Source: Planctomycetota bacterium
GTDB lineage: Bacteria > Planctomycetota > Phycisphaerae > SM23-33
DNA: 40,105 bases
Direction: 5' to 3'
Assembly (NCBI GenBank): GCA_034189755.1
Contig: JAXIHJ010000082.1
Location: forward strand, 1 to 40,105
Positions 1-7,960 of this stretch are shown one piece after another (within the stretch, counting starts at the first letter, position 1; each line of letters begins with the position of its first letter). The notes beneath the pieces are model-generated. The model did no database searches and had not been told where the DNA came from. It was given only the letters and a program-made list of their open reading frames with translations. The position numbers and the translations under genes were made by a program.

Positions 1-1
1 A

Positions 2-247
2 CGGAACGCTTTTGCAGGCAACGGGTTAGCGAACCACTGCTCAAAAACCCCAATGTTTGAAAAATTTCAAAAAGGCGGTTTTTGGAACCCCAAAAATAGC
101 TAAGTGTTTTGTGCTGTGCGGTTTACGCAAAAAACGGTTTGGGCGCAATTGGGCGCAACTGGGCGCAACTGGGCGCAATTGGGCGCAATTGGGCGCAACT
201 GGGCGCAATTGGGCGCAATTGGGCGCAATCGGGTGGAATTGGGCGCG
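2..247 (+). repeat. Dispersed ~246-bp element, copy 1 (AT-rich leader plus decamer array); may be truncated by the window start
   Basis: Aligns to the reverse complement of 39436-39671; leader 2-140 is gapless at 102/139 identity by hand count, followed by the same array and the same terminal signature. Confidence 0.95.
141..247 (+). repeat. Tandem array of 10-bp units GGGCGCAAYY (9 units, then degenerate GGGTGGAATT and partial GGGCGCG)
   Basis: Read directly at 141-230 with exact 10-bp period; degenerate unit at 231-240. Confidence 0.98.
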
Positions 248-278
248 GCCAATCAGCTACGCATAAGCGTTGATTCGC

Positions 279-917
279 CTAATCGTTTTCCGCCAACATG
301 CTGCGGAGCAGGGCGGCGAACTGGCGGACGGCCTGGCCGCGATGGCTGACTGCGTTTTTCTTTTCCGGTGCGAGTTGTGCGGTTGTACAGCCAAGTGTGG
401 GCACGAAGAACAGCGGGTCGTATCCGAATCCGTTCTCGCCGCGCGGCGCATGGGCGATTCGCCCTTCGATGGCGCCGGATGTTTCGATGATGACTTGTTT
501 GCCGTCGGCCAGTGCGAGATGGCAGACGAATCTGGCGGTGCGTTTTTCATCCGGCACGCCGGCCAGGTCGGCCAGCAGGCGAGCGTTATTTGCATGGTCG
601 ATTGTTTTTCGATCTGCGTCGGGCTTGCAGTCGTTAGCGGCGTAGCGTGCGCTTCTTACGCCGGGTTCGCCGTTCAAAGCGTCCACCTCCAGGCCGGAAT
701 CATCCGCCAGGCACCATTCGCCCGTGGCGCGGGCGTAGTAGGTGGCCTTGTCGCGGGCGTTTTCGGCGAAGGTTGCGGCGGTCTCGTCCGGGGCGGCGAT
801 GTCGCCGAATGACTCCAGGCCGACCATCTCCACCGGCAGCTCACCCAGCGTATGTATGATCTCACGAAGCTTACCGCGGTTGCGGCTGGCTAGTACGATC
901 GAGCGAATCCGTGTCAT
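279..917 (-). CDS. rdgB: RdgB/HAM1 family non-canonical purine NTP pyrophosphatase
   Basis: Motifs LASRNRGK, TFAENA, ADDSGLEVDAL, PGVRSARYA, GFGYDPLF, SHRG; start set to ATG 917 (MTRIRSIVLAS). Confidence 0.95.
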   Translation of the reverse strand: MTRIRSIVLASRNRGKLREIIHTLGELPVEMVGLESFGDIAAPDETAATFAENARDKATYYARATGEWCLADDSGLEVDALNGEPGVRSARYAANDCKPDADRKTIDHANNARLLADLAGVPDEKRTARFVCHLALADGKQVIIETSGAIEGRIAHAPRGENGFGYDPLFFVPTLGCTTAQLAPEKKNAVSHRGQAVRQFAALLRSMLAEND

Positions 918-1692
918 TCTGCTTTTTCTTTTTGGGTATGTGCACCGGTTCACTTTTGGCGAAGACGCGTTCGGCCTCGCCCTGCTTGTTGATAATCGTT
1001 ACCGTTATCTTTCGGCCGTTGACCGCCAGGAATGGATAACGCCGCTTGACGGCCTCAATTCGCGGGTCATGAATTACAGGCTTAACTCTCGACCCTTCCT
1101 TGACCATCTGAACGGCCGAGTCGGGAAACGACCCGACCGTTACCGTTGACTGCGACGGGCCGTGATTGTAGTACGCCTCTTCGCCCTTGTCCCTAAGCTG
1201 CCTGCAGTACATTACGGCGAATCGTTTTCTGCCGTAATAATCCGCCTTAGGCTCGTCGTAGAACGTGGCGACGACGACGGTATACGCGCCGTCGGCGTTT
1301 TGGAGGTTCCATTCCGGCGGACCGATGTCGGAGCCGGGCAGCGGCACGACTATCGCCTTCTTGAACGGGCCGATCCCCGCCGGCGTGACCCAGTTTTTCG
1401 CCTTTTTCAGATTGCCCCGGCTGGCCTTGTGGCTTCTGTATTTGCCCCAGTACAGCTCGCTCCGCCCGTCGCCGTGGACGATAAACAGGTCTTTCCATTT
1501 CGCCAGTTGTTCCGTGGACTGCTTGTAGTACTTGGCCTGGCTGATGTGGGACGGACCTGAAAAGGTATGCAGCAGTATGGTGTAATCGGACTGGCCTGCC
1601 GGAGGCTTGTTTGCCAGGTTGCAGCCGGCCAGCACCGCCGCAAACGACGCCGCCAGACCGAGCCAACAGTTGCAGGTTCGTAATCGGTTCAT
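871..1692 (-). CDS. Putative lipoprotein, possibly with two SPOR-like segments
   Basis: 273-aa ORF co-oriented between argF and rdgB; signal peptide ending in lipobox LAGC; SPOR resemblance by eye only. Confidence 0.7.
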   Translation of the reverse strand: MNRLRTCNCWLGLAASFAAVLAGCNLANKPPAGQSDYTILLHTFSGPSHISQAKYYKQSTEQLAKWKDLFIVHGDGRSELYWGKYRSHKASRGNLKKAKNWVTPAGIGPFKKAIVVPLPGSDIGPPEWNLQNADGAYTVVVATFYDEPKADYYGRKRFAVMYCRQLRDKGEEAYYNHGPSQSTVTVGSFPDSAVQMVKEGSRVKPVIHDPRIEAVKRRYPFLAVNGRKITVTIINKQGEAERVFAKSEPVHIPKKKKQNDTDSLDRTSQPQPR

Positions 1693-1747
1693 CGCGTCGT
1701 CTCCTGCGAATCGTCAGCCGTCATCCTGTTTACGGAAGACCGAAAGT

Positions 1748-2665
1748 TTATTCGATTCCGCCCTTGCCGATAAGCACGTTCAACAGCGTCCGCTGGAAAT
1801 GCAGGCGGTTCTCCGCCTCGGCGAAAATCGTACCACTGTGTGCCTCGAAGACGTCGTCCGTAATTTCCAAACCTCGTTTGGCGGGCAGGCAATGCAGGAC
1901 AATCACGCCGTCCGGCGCAGCGGCCAGAAGATCGGCGTTTACCTGGAAGCCCTTGAAGTGCTCGGCTCGCTGGTCTTTTTCGGCCTCCTGGCCCATGGAG
2001 ACCCAGGTATCGGTGTAAATGGCGTCGGCCTCGGCTACGGCTGCGCGTGGGTCGTGTATTATCCGGAAAAACTCTTCCGGCAGCGCGCCGACGAATTCGT
2101 CTTGCAGTTCGTAGCCTTCGGGTGAGGCGAGGATGAATTTCACCTTCAGTTTTGCGCAGGCGGCGGCCAGGCTCAGGGCGACGTTGTTGCCGTCGCCGAT
2201 AAACAGCATCGTCCGCCCGGCGAGCTTGCCTGACTCTTGCTGCACCGTCATCAGGTCGGCCATGGCCTGGCAGGGATGAGAATAATCCGTCAGGCCGTTG
2301 ATCACCGGCACCGGGGCGAAGGTGCCGAGCTGCTCGACATACTCGTGGTTGAATGTGCGGGCCATAATGGCGTTACACATTCGCCCGAGCACGCGGGCGA
2401 TGTCCTGGACCGCTTCCCGGCTGCCCAGCCCTATGTCCGCCTGCGACAGATAAACGGCATGCCCGCCGAGATGCGTCATGGCCGTCTCGAAACTCACTCG
2501 CGTCCGCAGCGACGGTTTCTCGAAGATCATCGCCAGCGTTTTGTTCCTCAGCGTTGCCGGCAGCTTACCGGCCTTGAACGCCGCCTTCTCGGCAATCGCA
2601 AGGTCAAGCAGCTTGTTCAGTTGCTCGCCTGTGAAATCCTTGATGTTAATGAAGTCCTTTATCAT
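1748..2665 (-). CDS. argF: Ornithine carbamoyltransferase
   Basis: FEKPSLRTR, HPCQ, GDGNNV, DTWVSMG, HCLP and AENR motifs. Confidence 0.96.
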   Translation of the reverse strand: MIKDFINIKDFTGEQLNKLLDLAIAEKAAFKAGKLPATLRNKTLAMIFEKPSLRTRVSFETAMTHLGGHAVYLSQADIGLGSREAVQDIARVLGRMCNAIMARTFNHEYVEQLGTFAPVPVINGLTDYSHPCQAMADLMTVQQESGKLAGRTMLFIGDGNNVALSLAAACAKLKVKFILASPEGYELQDEFVGALPEEFFRIIHDPRAAVAEADAIYTDTWVSMGQEAEKDQRAEHFKGFQVNADLLAAAPDGVIVLHCLPAKRGLEITDDVFEAHSGTIFAEAENRLHFQRTLLNVLIGKGGIE

Positions 2666-2677
2666 TTTTTCTGACGC

Positions 2678-3550
2678 CTATTTCTGTATCAGCGTTCCCA
2701 CGCCGCGGTCTGAGAAGATTTCCAATAGCAGAGAGTGTGCCAGCCGCCCGTCGATTACATGCGTCCTGGCCACGCCGCCGTCCAGCGCTCGCAGACAAGC
2801 TTCGACCTTCGGCAACATGCCGCCTGAGATAGTACCGTCGGCGATCAGCTTTTGTATCTCCGCCTCGCTAATCTGGCGGATCATGCTTTCGGGGTCGTCG
2901 GGTTTTCGCCGGATGCCGTGCGTGTCGGAAACGACAACGAGCTTCTCCGCCTTCAGTGCCGCAGCCACCTCGCCGGCGGCGGTGTCGGCGTTGCAGTTGA
3001 GCTTGGCGCCGGTGCGGTCCTTGGCCAGCGGCGCGATGACAGGTATCGCGCCGTCCCGGCAGGGTAACTCTATCAGCTTGACGTTGACGTTCGTAACGTA
3101 ACCGACGGAGCCGAGGTCTATCTTTCGAGCATCCTGTTCGAGGAAGAGCTTCTCGCCGAACAGCACGCAACTGCCGAGCGTATGCAGTTCCATCACGCTG
3201 GCGCCCAGGGACTCGAGGGTCGTGGTGATGTGGCGGTTGATCTCGTTGCACAGCACGTGCTCGACGACGTTCAGCGTTCGCTGGTCGGTGTAGCGCCGGC
3301 CCTGGACAAACTGCACCTGAAGCCCGCTGGCTTCCATGGCGTTGGAGATGGCCTTGCCGCCGCCGTGAACGATGACGGGTCTCATGCCAACCGTGCTCAT
3401 AAACACGATGTCCGTCAGCAGGTCCGTCAAGGCGCGCTCGTTGTCCATGACGGCCCCGCCCGCCTTGACGACGACCGTCTTGCCGCGGAAACGCTGGATG
3501 TAGCTTATCGCTTCAATCAGCGTATTGGCCTTGGCGATTGCCTCTTCCAC
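2678..3550 (-). CDS. argB: Acetylglutamate kinase
   Basis: VVKAGG, VHGGG, GRRYTD, NCNADTAA, GGMLPK motifs; start moved to GTG 3550, which has AGGAG 6 nt upstream. Confidence 0.95.
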   Translation of the reverse strand: MEEAIAKANTLIEAISYIQRFRGKTVVVKAGGAVMDNERALTDLLTDIVFMSTVGMRPVIVHGGGKAISNAMEASGLQVQFVQGRRYTDQRTLNVVEHVLCNEINRHITTTLESLGASVMELHTLGSCVLFGEKLFLEQDARKIDLGSVGYVTNVNVKLIELPCRDGAIPVIAPLAKDRTGAKLNCNADTAAGEVAAALKAEKLVVVSDTHGIRRKPDDPESMIRQISEAEIQKLIADGTISGGMLPKVEACLRALDGGVARTHVIDGRLAHSLLLEIFSDRGVGTLIQK

Positions 3551-3576
3551 AGGCTTCTCCTGAACTGGAATCAAGA

Positions 3577-3606
3577 AGGCTACCATGCAGGCGGCGGACT
3601 TGTCAA
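3577..3606 (-). promoter_or_regulatory. Putative sigma70 promoter for argB-argF
   Basis: TTGACA-18 nt-TAGCCT with extended -10 TG on the minus strand. Confidence 0.45.
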
Positions 3607-4031
3607 TCGGCGATACGCCGCAACAGGAACCGCCGACTGTTCCGGCCTGTGATTTCGATTTGAATTTGCCATAGCGGCCTGGGCAGGGCCTTTTCGGCTC
3701 GGTCGGCCCATTCGATCAACGCCACGCCGTCGGCAAGCATTTCTTCCAGGCCCAACGCGCCAAGTTCCGCCTCGGGGTCTGCTGTTCTATACAAATCGAC
3801 GTGGTAGACGGTCAGGCTGGCGGCATATTCTCGAACAAGCACGAACGTCGGGCTGGCGACCAGGCGTTCGTCGGCCAGTCCAAGCCCGGCTGCGATGCCT
3901 CGGACCAGGACGGTCTTGCCCGCCCCCAGCTCGCCCACCATCGCGACGCAGTCGCCGCGGCTCAGCCGGCCGGCGAGTCGACGGCCCAGCGCGACAGTGC
4001 CGCGAACGCTCTTTGTCTCAAACGTTTCCAT
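3603..4031 (-). CDS. tsaE: tRNA threonylcarbamoyladenosine biosynthesis ATPase TsaE
   Basis: GELGAGKT, SPTF, HVDLYR, IEWA motifs; start ATG 4031. Confidence 0.95.
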   Translation of the reverse strand: METFETKSVRGTVALGRRLAGRLSRGDCVAMVGELGAGKTVLVRGIAAGLGLADERLVASPTFVLVREYAASLTVYHVDLYRTADPEAELGALGLEEMLADGVALIEWADRAEKALPRPLWQIQIEITGRNSRRFLLRRIAD

Positions 4032-4055
4032 CTTATCGAAAGCCAACGGGAAACC

Positions 4056-4949
4056 TTACGTTTGATGTTCCCAGCCCTCCGGCACCAGTTTTTCATCCGT
4101 ACCGTCAGGCAGAACCAGGACGAGCGACTGCCTTTGTGTTATCGTCCCGACTCGCGTTACCTTGACGGTAAGAGGGTTATACTTGCAGAGCCGCTTAGCC
4201 TGGTCAGCCGGAAGTGTAAACAGCAGTTCGTAATCTTCACCGTCTGCGAATGCGGCTTCTAGCGCCACGTTCGGATGAATCGGCACGTCGGCGGCGATGA
4301 TTTTAGCCCCTGCGCCGGAGGCCTTGCATATATGGTTAAGGTCCTTCGCCAGGCCGTCGGAAATGTCGATCATGGCGTGCAGGTCGTAGTTTTTCGCCAG
4401 CGTGCGGGCCTCGGCGATTCGCGGCGTGAAGTTCAGGTCTCTGCCGGACCGCCAGGCCCCGCCGAGCGAGCCGGTCAGACAAATCGCATCGCCGAGCTTC
4501 GCCCCGCTTCGCAGAACGGGTTCGATGTCGCCGTCTCTGGCGAACACCGTTGCACTGACAGCGAGCGGGCCGGCCCAGGCCGCGACGTCACCGCCGACCA
4601 GAGGACAGCCGAACTCGTCGCCGATGCGGCGCAGACCCTTGTAAATCGCCTCGGCGTCGCTGCGTGTCAAACCCTTCGACAGAGAAACCGAAGCCACCGC
4701 GCCGAACGGCACGGCAGCCATCGCCGCGACGTCCGAGAGGTTGCGTGCCATCGCCTTTCGGCCGGCGGCTTCCGCGCCGTGGGTGGCGAGGTTGAAATGC
4801 ACTCCGTCGAGCACCTGGTCGGTCGTTACCAGCAGCTTATCCGAGCCGCAGAGAACCACGGCACAGTCGTCGCCCGGTCCTACCAGCACAGTCGACGGAT
4901 CGAACCCGCCCTGCCGGCAAACCCAGTCGATGAAATCCGATTCGAGCAT
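4056..4949 (-). CDS. thiL: Thiamine-monophosphate kinase
   Basis: GPGDDCAV, GVHF, NLSDVAAM, GGD, DISDGL and GEDYELLF motifs. Confidence 0.95.
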   Translation of the reverse strand: MLESDFIDWVCRQGGFDPSTVLVGPGDDCAVVLCGSDKLLVTTDQVLDGVHFNLATHGAEAAGRKAMARNLSDVAAMAAVPFGAVASVSLSKGLTRSDAEAIYKGLRRIGDEFGCPLVGGDVAAWAGPLAVSATVFARDGDIEPVLRSGAKLGDAICLTGSLGGAWRSGRDLNFTPRIAEARTLAKNYDLHAMIDISDGLAKDLNHICKASGAGAKIIAADVPIHPNVALEAAFADGEDYELLFTLPADQAKRLCKYNPLTVKVTRVGTITQRQSLVLVLPDGTDEKLVPEGWEHQT

Positions 4950-4951
4950 GG

Positions 4952-6364
4952 CTAAGTGAGTTTTCGCCGCCAGAAGGCCAATTGCTTGCGGAGTTGTTTT
5001 TTGCCGCCGGCGCCGTCTGTGGCGTATCGCTTCACGACGTTTACCGGGCCGAGATGGTTGTAGACGTCCTTGTCGATTTTGCCCGCGGCGGCCCGGAGCG
5101 TCTTCAGCGGCAGCTCGGCGAGTGTTTTGCCTTCGCGCTCGGCCCGGCTAACGAGCTTGGCGATAATCCCATGTGCGGTGCGGAACGGCACGCCCTTGGT
5201 GACGAGGTATTCCGCCAGCGCCGTCGCATCAAGGAAGCCGGCGTCCAGATCGGCTGCGATGCGCTCGGTGTTGAACTTTGTCGTGGCTGCAATCTTCGCC
5301 GCGACCGTCAGTGATTGTTGCATTGCATCGACGGCTGCCAAGGCGAATCGCTTGTCGTCCTGCATGTCGCGGTTGTAAGCCAGCGGCAGGCCCTTCAGCA
5401 GTGTAAGCAGGCCGACCAGTTGTGCAATCGCGCCGGCCGACTTGCCGCGGACAAGTTCCAGCGTGTCGGCGTTTTTCTTCTGCGGCATCATCGAGCTTCC
5501 CGTGCAGTAGGCCTCGTGCAGTTCGAGCATGCCGAACTCAGTCGTCGAGTAGATAATCCAGTCTTCGGCCCAGCGTGACAGGTGCACCGCCAGCATCGCG
5601 CAGTCGAAGCACAGCTCGGCCAGGAAATCCCGGTCGGAGGTTGCGTCGATGCTGTTTCGGCTGAACTTCTCGAAGCCCAAAAGCTCGGCGGTTCGCGTGC
5701 GGTCCAGCGGCAGTGAGCTGCCGGCTACGGCCCCAGCGCCCAGCGGGCAGACGTTGATCCGCCGCCGCGCATCGGCCAGGCGCTCGGCGTCGCGCTGTAG
5801 CATTTCGACGTAGGCCAGCACCGCATGGCCGGCCAGAACGGGCTGGGCGCGCTGAAGGTGCGTGTAGGCCGGAACGATCAGATCGCCATATTTTTCCGCC
5901 AGGCCGGTCAGCGCCCGCTGCAAAGCGGCGATGCCGTCGCGCAGGTTATCGACCGCGTCGCGCGCCCAGAGTCGCAGGTCCAGTGCGACCTGGTCGTTTC
6001 GGCTTCGGCCGGTGTGCAGCTTGGCCCCGGCGGCGCCCACACGGTCGATCAGGGCCTTCTCGATTACCATGTGGATGTCTTCCAGCTCGACGGGCATCTC
6101 CAGCCGGCCGGCCTCGATTGCAGCGGCGACGGCCAGAAGGCCCTTTTTAATTCGGCCGAAATCCGACCGCGTAACAATGCCGACCTCGCTCAGCATCTGC
6201 GCGTGCGCGATCGAGCCGACGATGTCGTACCGCCACAGTGCCTCATCAACGTCGAGGCTGGCGAGAAACTTTGCCGTCGCCTCGTCGGCGTCGGCTTTCA
6301 GGCGACCGTGCCAGGATTTTTTCAACCGTTTCGCCTGCTTCGGTTTCGCTTTTTTACCGGCCAT
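4952..6364 (-). CDS. argH: Argininosuccinate lyase
   Basis: EDIH, LHTGRSRNDQV, YTHLQRAQP, GSSMMPQKKN, YNRDMQ motifs; start ATG 6364 with AAGGAG RBS. Confidence 0.96.
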   Translation of the reverse strand: MAGKKAKPKQAKRLKKSWHGRLKADADEATAKFLASLDVDEALWRYDIVGSIAHAQMLSEVGIVTRSDFGRIKKGLLAVAAAIEAGRLEMPVELEDIHMVIEKALIDRVGAAGAKLHTGRSRNDQVALDLRLWARDAVDNLRDGIAALQRALTGLAEKYGDLIVPAYTHLQRAQPVLAGHAVLAYVEMLQRDAERLADARRRINVCPLGAGAVAGSSLPLDRTRTAELLGFEKFSRNSIDATSDRDFLAELCFDCAMLAVHLSRWAEDWIIYSTTEFGMLELHEAYCTGSSMMPQKKNADTLELVRGKSAGAIAQLVGLLTLLKGLPLAYNRDMQDDKRFALAAVDAMQQSLTVAAKIAATTKFNTERIAADLDAGFLDATALAEYLVTKGVPFRTAHGIIAKLVSRAEREGKTLAELPLKTLRAAAGKIDKDVYNHLGPVNVVKRYATDGAGGKKQLRKQLAFWRRKLT

Positions 6365-6386
6365 GATGAATCTCCTTCGCAGCGCG

Positions 6387-6415
6387 ATGGTAGAGGCCCA
6401 CACCACGTCTGTCAA
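6387..6415 (-). promoter_or_regulatory. Putative sigma70 promoter for argH-thiL-tsaE
   Basis: TTGACA-17 nt-TACCAT on the minus strand, just upstream of the argH RBS. Confidence 0.55.
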
Positions 6416-6464
6416 CGGCGCAACACGTACATTGACGATGGGGTGGTGGTCTACGATGAGTTCG

Positions 6465-6617
6465 ATGCCTTCCGGTTCGACCTCTAAAACACGCGGGACC
6501 TTCGTCGCCGAGATAATCGCCAACGAGCGTCTTTGCGACGAGCATTTTCTCCTACGGCTTCGCGTTGCCGCGACCGGGCGCGGGCCGACTGATTTTCCGC
6601 TTGGCGTACCAAAATAG
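6465..6617 (+). pseudogene. Truncated duplicate of the pyrK 5' end (50-codon ORF)
   Basis: ATG 6465 gives MPSGSTSKTRGTFVAEIIANERLCDEHFLLRLR, matching the PyrK N-terminus at 6985, then runs into unrelated sequence and stops. Confidence 0.8.
6486..6548 (+). repeat. 63-bp perfect direct repeat, copy 1 (imperfect extent 6465-6564)
   Basis: Identical to 7006-7068 at offset 520. Confidence 0.97.
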
Positions 6618-6878
6618 TTGCACAGCCATGATGACTATGCAAACGCCCTTCCACACCAGCAGCCACCACGGCCGCCACCACATACCGGTGTGCACTTCCA
6701 CAAAGTCCGAGCACCCAAAAGCGGCGAAGTTGGCTGTGGCGATATATTTGGTCCGGTGCCGCCCCGGCCACAAGCAGGAGACAAGAAAGCAGGCGGCAAT
6801 GCCGAGCCAGAAAATGCCTTCGACGAGATTTGCGGTCTGCGTGAAGCTGTCTAGCGAAGAGGCAAGCATTGCTACCAT
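6552..6878 (-). CDS. Small multi-pass membrane protein (Trp-rich FGCSDFVEVHTGMWWRPWWLL motif)
   Basis: About 108 aa with three hydrophobic segments; start ATG 6878 or 6869; lies between the two pyrK repeats. Confidence 0.7.
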   Translation of the reverse strand: MVAMLASSLDSFTQTANLVEGIFWLGIAACFLVSCLWPGRHRTKYIATANFAAFGCSDFVEVHTGMWWRPWWLLVWKGVCIVIMAVQLFWYAKRKISRPAPGRGNAKP

Positions 6879-6947
6879 GTTATTGCCAAATACCGAACCA
6901 GCCAAGGACTTCAACAGAAAGACGCATGGAAGCCGTTGCCGATTCCG

Positions 6948-6976
6948 TTGACGGGTGGGCATGCTCGCTCTAGGAT
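6948..6976 (+). promoter_or_regulatory. Putative sigma70 promoter for pyrK, implying a near-leaderless mRNA
   Basis: TTGACG-17 nt-TAGGAT ending 8 nt before ATG 6985; no obvious RBS. Confidence 0.5.
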
Positions 6977-6984
6977 GTTTTTTA

Positions 6985-7944
6985 ATGTCTCCCGGTCGAA
7001 CCTTGAAAACACGCGGGACCTTCGTCGCCGAGATAATCGCCAACGAGCGTCTTTGCGACGAGCATTTTTGCCTGCGGCTTCGCGCGGATGAGTTTCCGCC
7101 GAGCCGGGCGGGCCAGTTTGTTCAATTGCAGTGCTGCCGACCGGCGGAGCAAGGCGGCCTCGGCGAGGTGGACTGGCCTGAAGGTAAGTGGCCTAAACTT
7201 GCACAGCCGGAACTCACCCGTCGCCACCCGCTGCTGCGCAGGCCATTTAGCCTCGCCGGGCGGCGGGACGTTCAGGGCGGCGTAGAGCTGGACGTTATCT
7301 ATCGAACCATCGGAGCGGGCACGGCCCGGCTGGCCGGGCTTCAGCCGGCCGAGCGGCTGAGCGTGCTGGGGCCGCTGGGCAACGGTTTTACCCTCGGCAA
7401 CAACAAGCCCGCCGCCGTTCTGGTCGGCGGCGGCGTGGGGATACCGCCTCTGCTCTACCTGGCCGAGGCGCTCGCGTCGGCCGGCAAGGACGTAACGGCC
7501 TTTGTCGGCTCGCGCAGCGCGAACCTGCTGCCGCTGGAGCTTGTTGCGGACAAGCCGCCTGATGCCAACGGCAAGCCCGCCCTGTGCATACGGCAGTTCA
7601 GCGCCCTGGGCATCGAGGCGGCCGTTGCCACGGACGACGGGACACTGGGGGTCGAGGGTTTCGTCTCCGGCGCCTTGGCGCGATGGCTTGGCCGGAAGAC
7701 GATTTCGCCGGGCAGCCTTGTGGTCTACAGTTGCGGGCCTGAAGCGATGATGGCCGCCGTCGCGGATACCTGCATCGCCGCCGGCATAGAATGCCAACTC
7801 GCACTGGAGCGATACATGGCCTGCGGCATGGGCACATGCCAGTCGTGCGTGGTGAAAATCCGCGATGAAAGCGAACAAGGCTGGAGCTTCAAGCTTTGCT
7901 GCACCGACGGGCCTGTCTTCGACGCGAGGGACGTTCTGTGGTAA
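6985..7944 (+). CDS. pyrK: Dihydroorotate dehydrogenase electron transfer subunit (FAD/2Fe-2S)
   Basis: GQFV, LRRPFS, GPLGNGF, GGGVGIPP, CGPEAM, ERYMACGMGTCQSC and CTDGPVF motifs. Confidence 0.9.
   Translation: MSPGRTLKTRGTFVAEIIANERLCDEHFCLRLRADEFPPSRAGQFVQLQCCRPAEQGGLGEVDWPEGKWPKLAQPELTRRHPLLRRPFSLAGRRDVQGGVELDVIYRTIGAGTARLAGLQPAERLSVLGPLGNGFTLGNNKPAAVLVGGGVGIPPLLYLAEALASAGKDVTAFVGSRSANLLPLELVADKPPDANGKPALCIRQFSALGIEAAVATDDGTLGVEGFVSGALARWLGRKTISPGSLVVYSCGPEAMMAAVADTCIAAGIECQLALERYMACGMGTCQSCVVKIRDESEQGWSFKLCCTDGPVFDARDVLW
7006..7068 (+). repeat. 63-bp perfect direct repeat, copy 2 (imperfect extent 6985-7084)
   Basis: Identical to 6486-6548. Confidence 0.97.
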
Positions 7945-7960
7945 TAACGAACAGTATCGT

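Noticed and set aside
141-247. CRISPR array
   Set aside because: Units are 10 bp and contiguous, with no spacers and no cas genes.
57-349. ORFs with GRNWAQLGA peptide repeats (also 39300-39569)
   Set aside because: These are translation products of the 10-bp array; starts and frames are not conserved between copies (ATG TTT GAA versus ATG TTT TAA).
1748-2665. N-acetyl- or N-succinyl-ornithine transcarbamylase because of the SLRT motif
   Set aside because: The DxxxSMG ornithine-binding loop (DTWVSMG) is intact, indicating an ordinary OTC.
6365-6523. N-terminal extensions of ArgH and of the 6552-7043 ORF that share MAIISATKVPRV
   Set aside because: These are the antisense reading of the duplicated pyrK segment; better starts lie at 6364 and 6878/6869.
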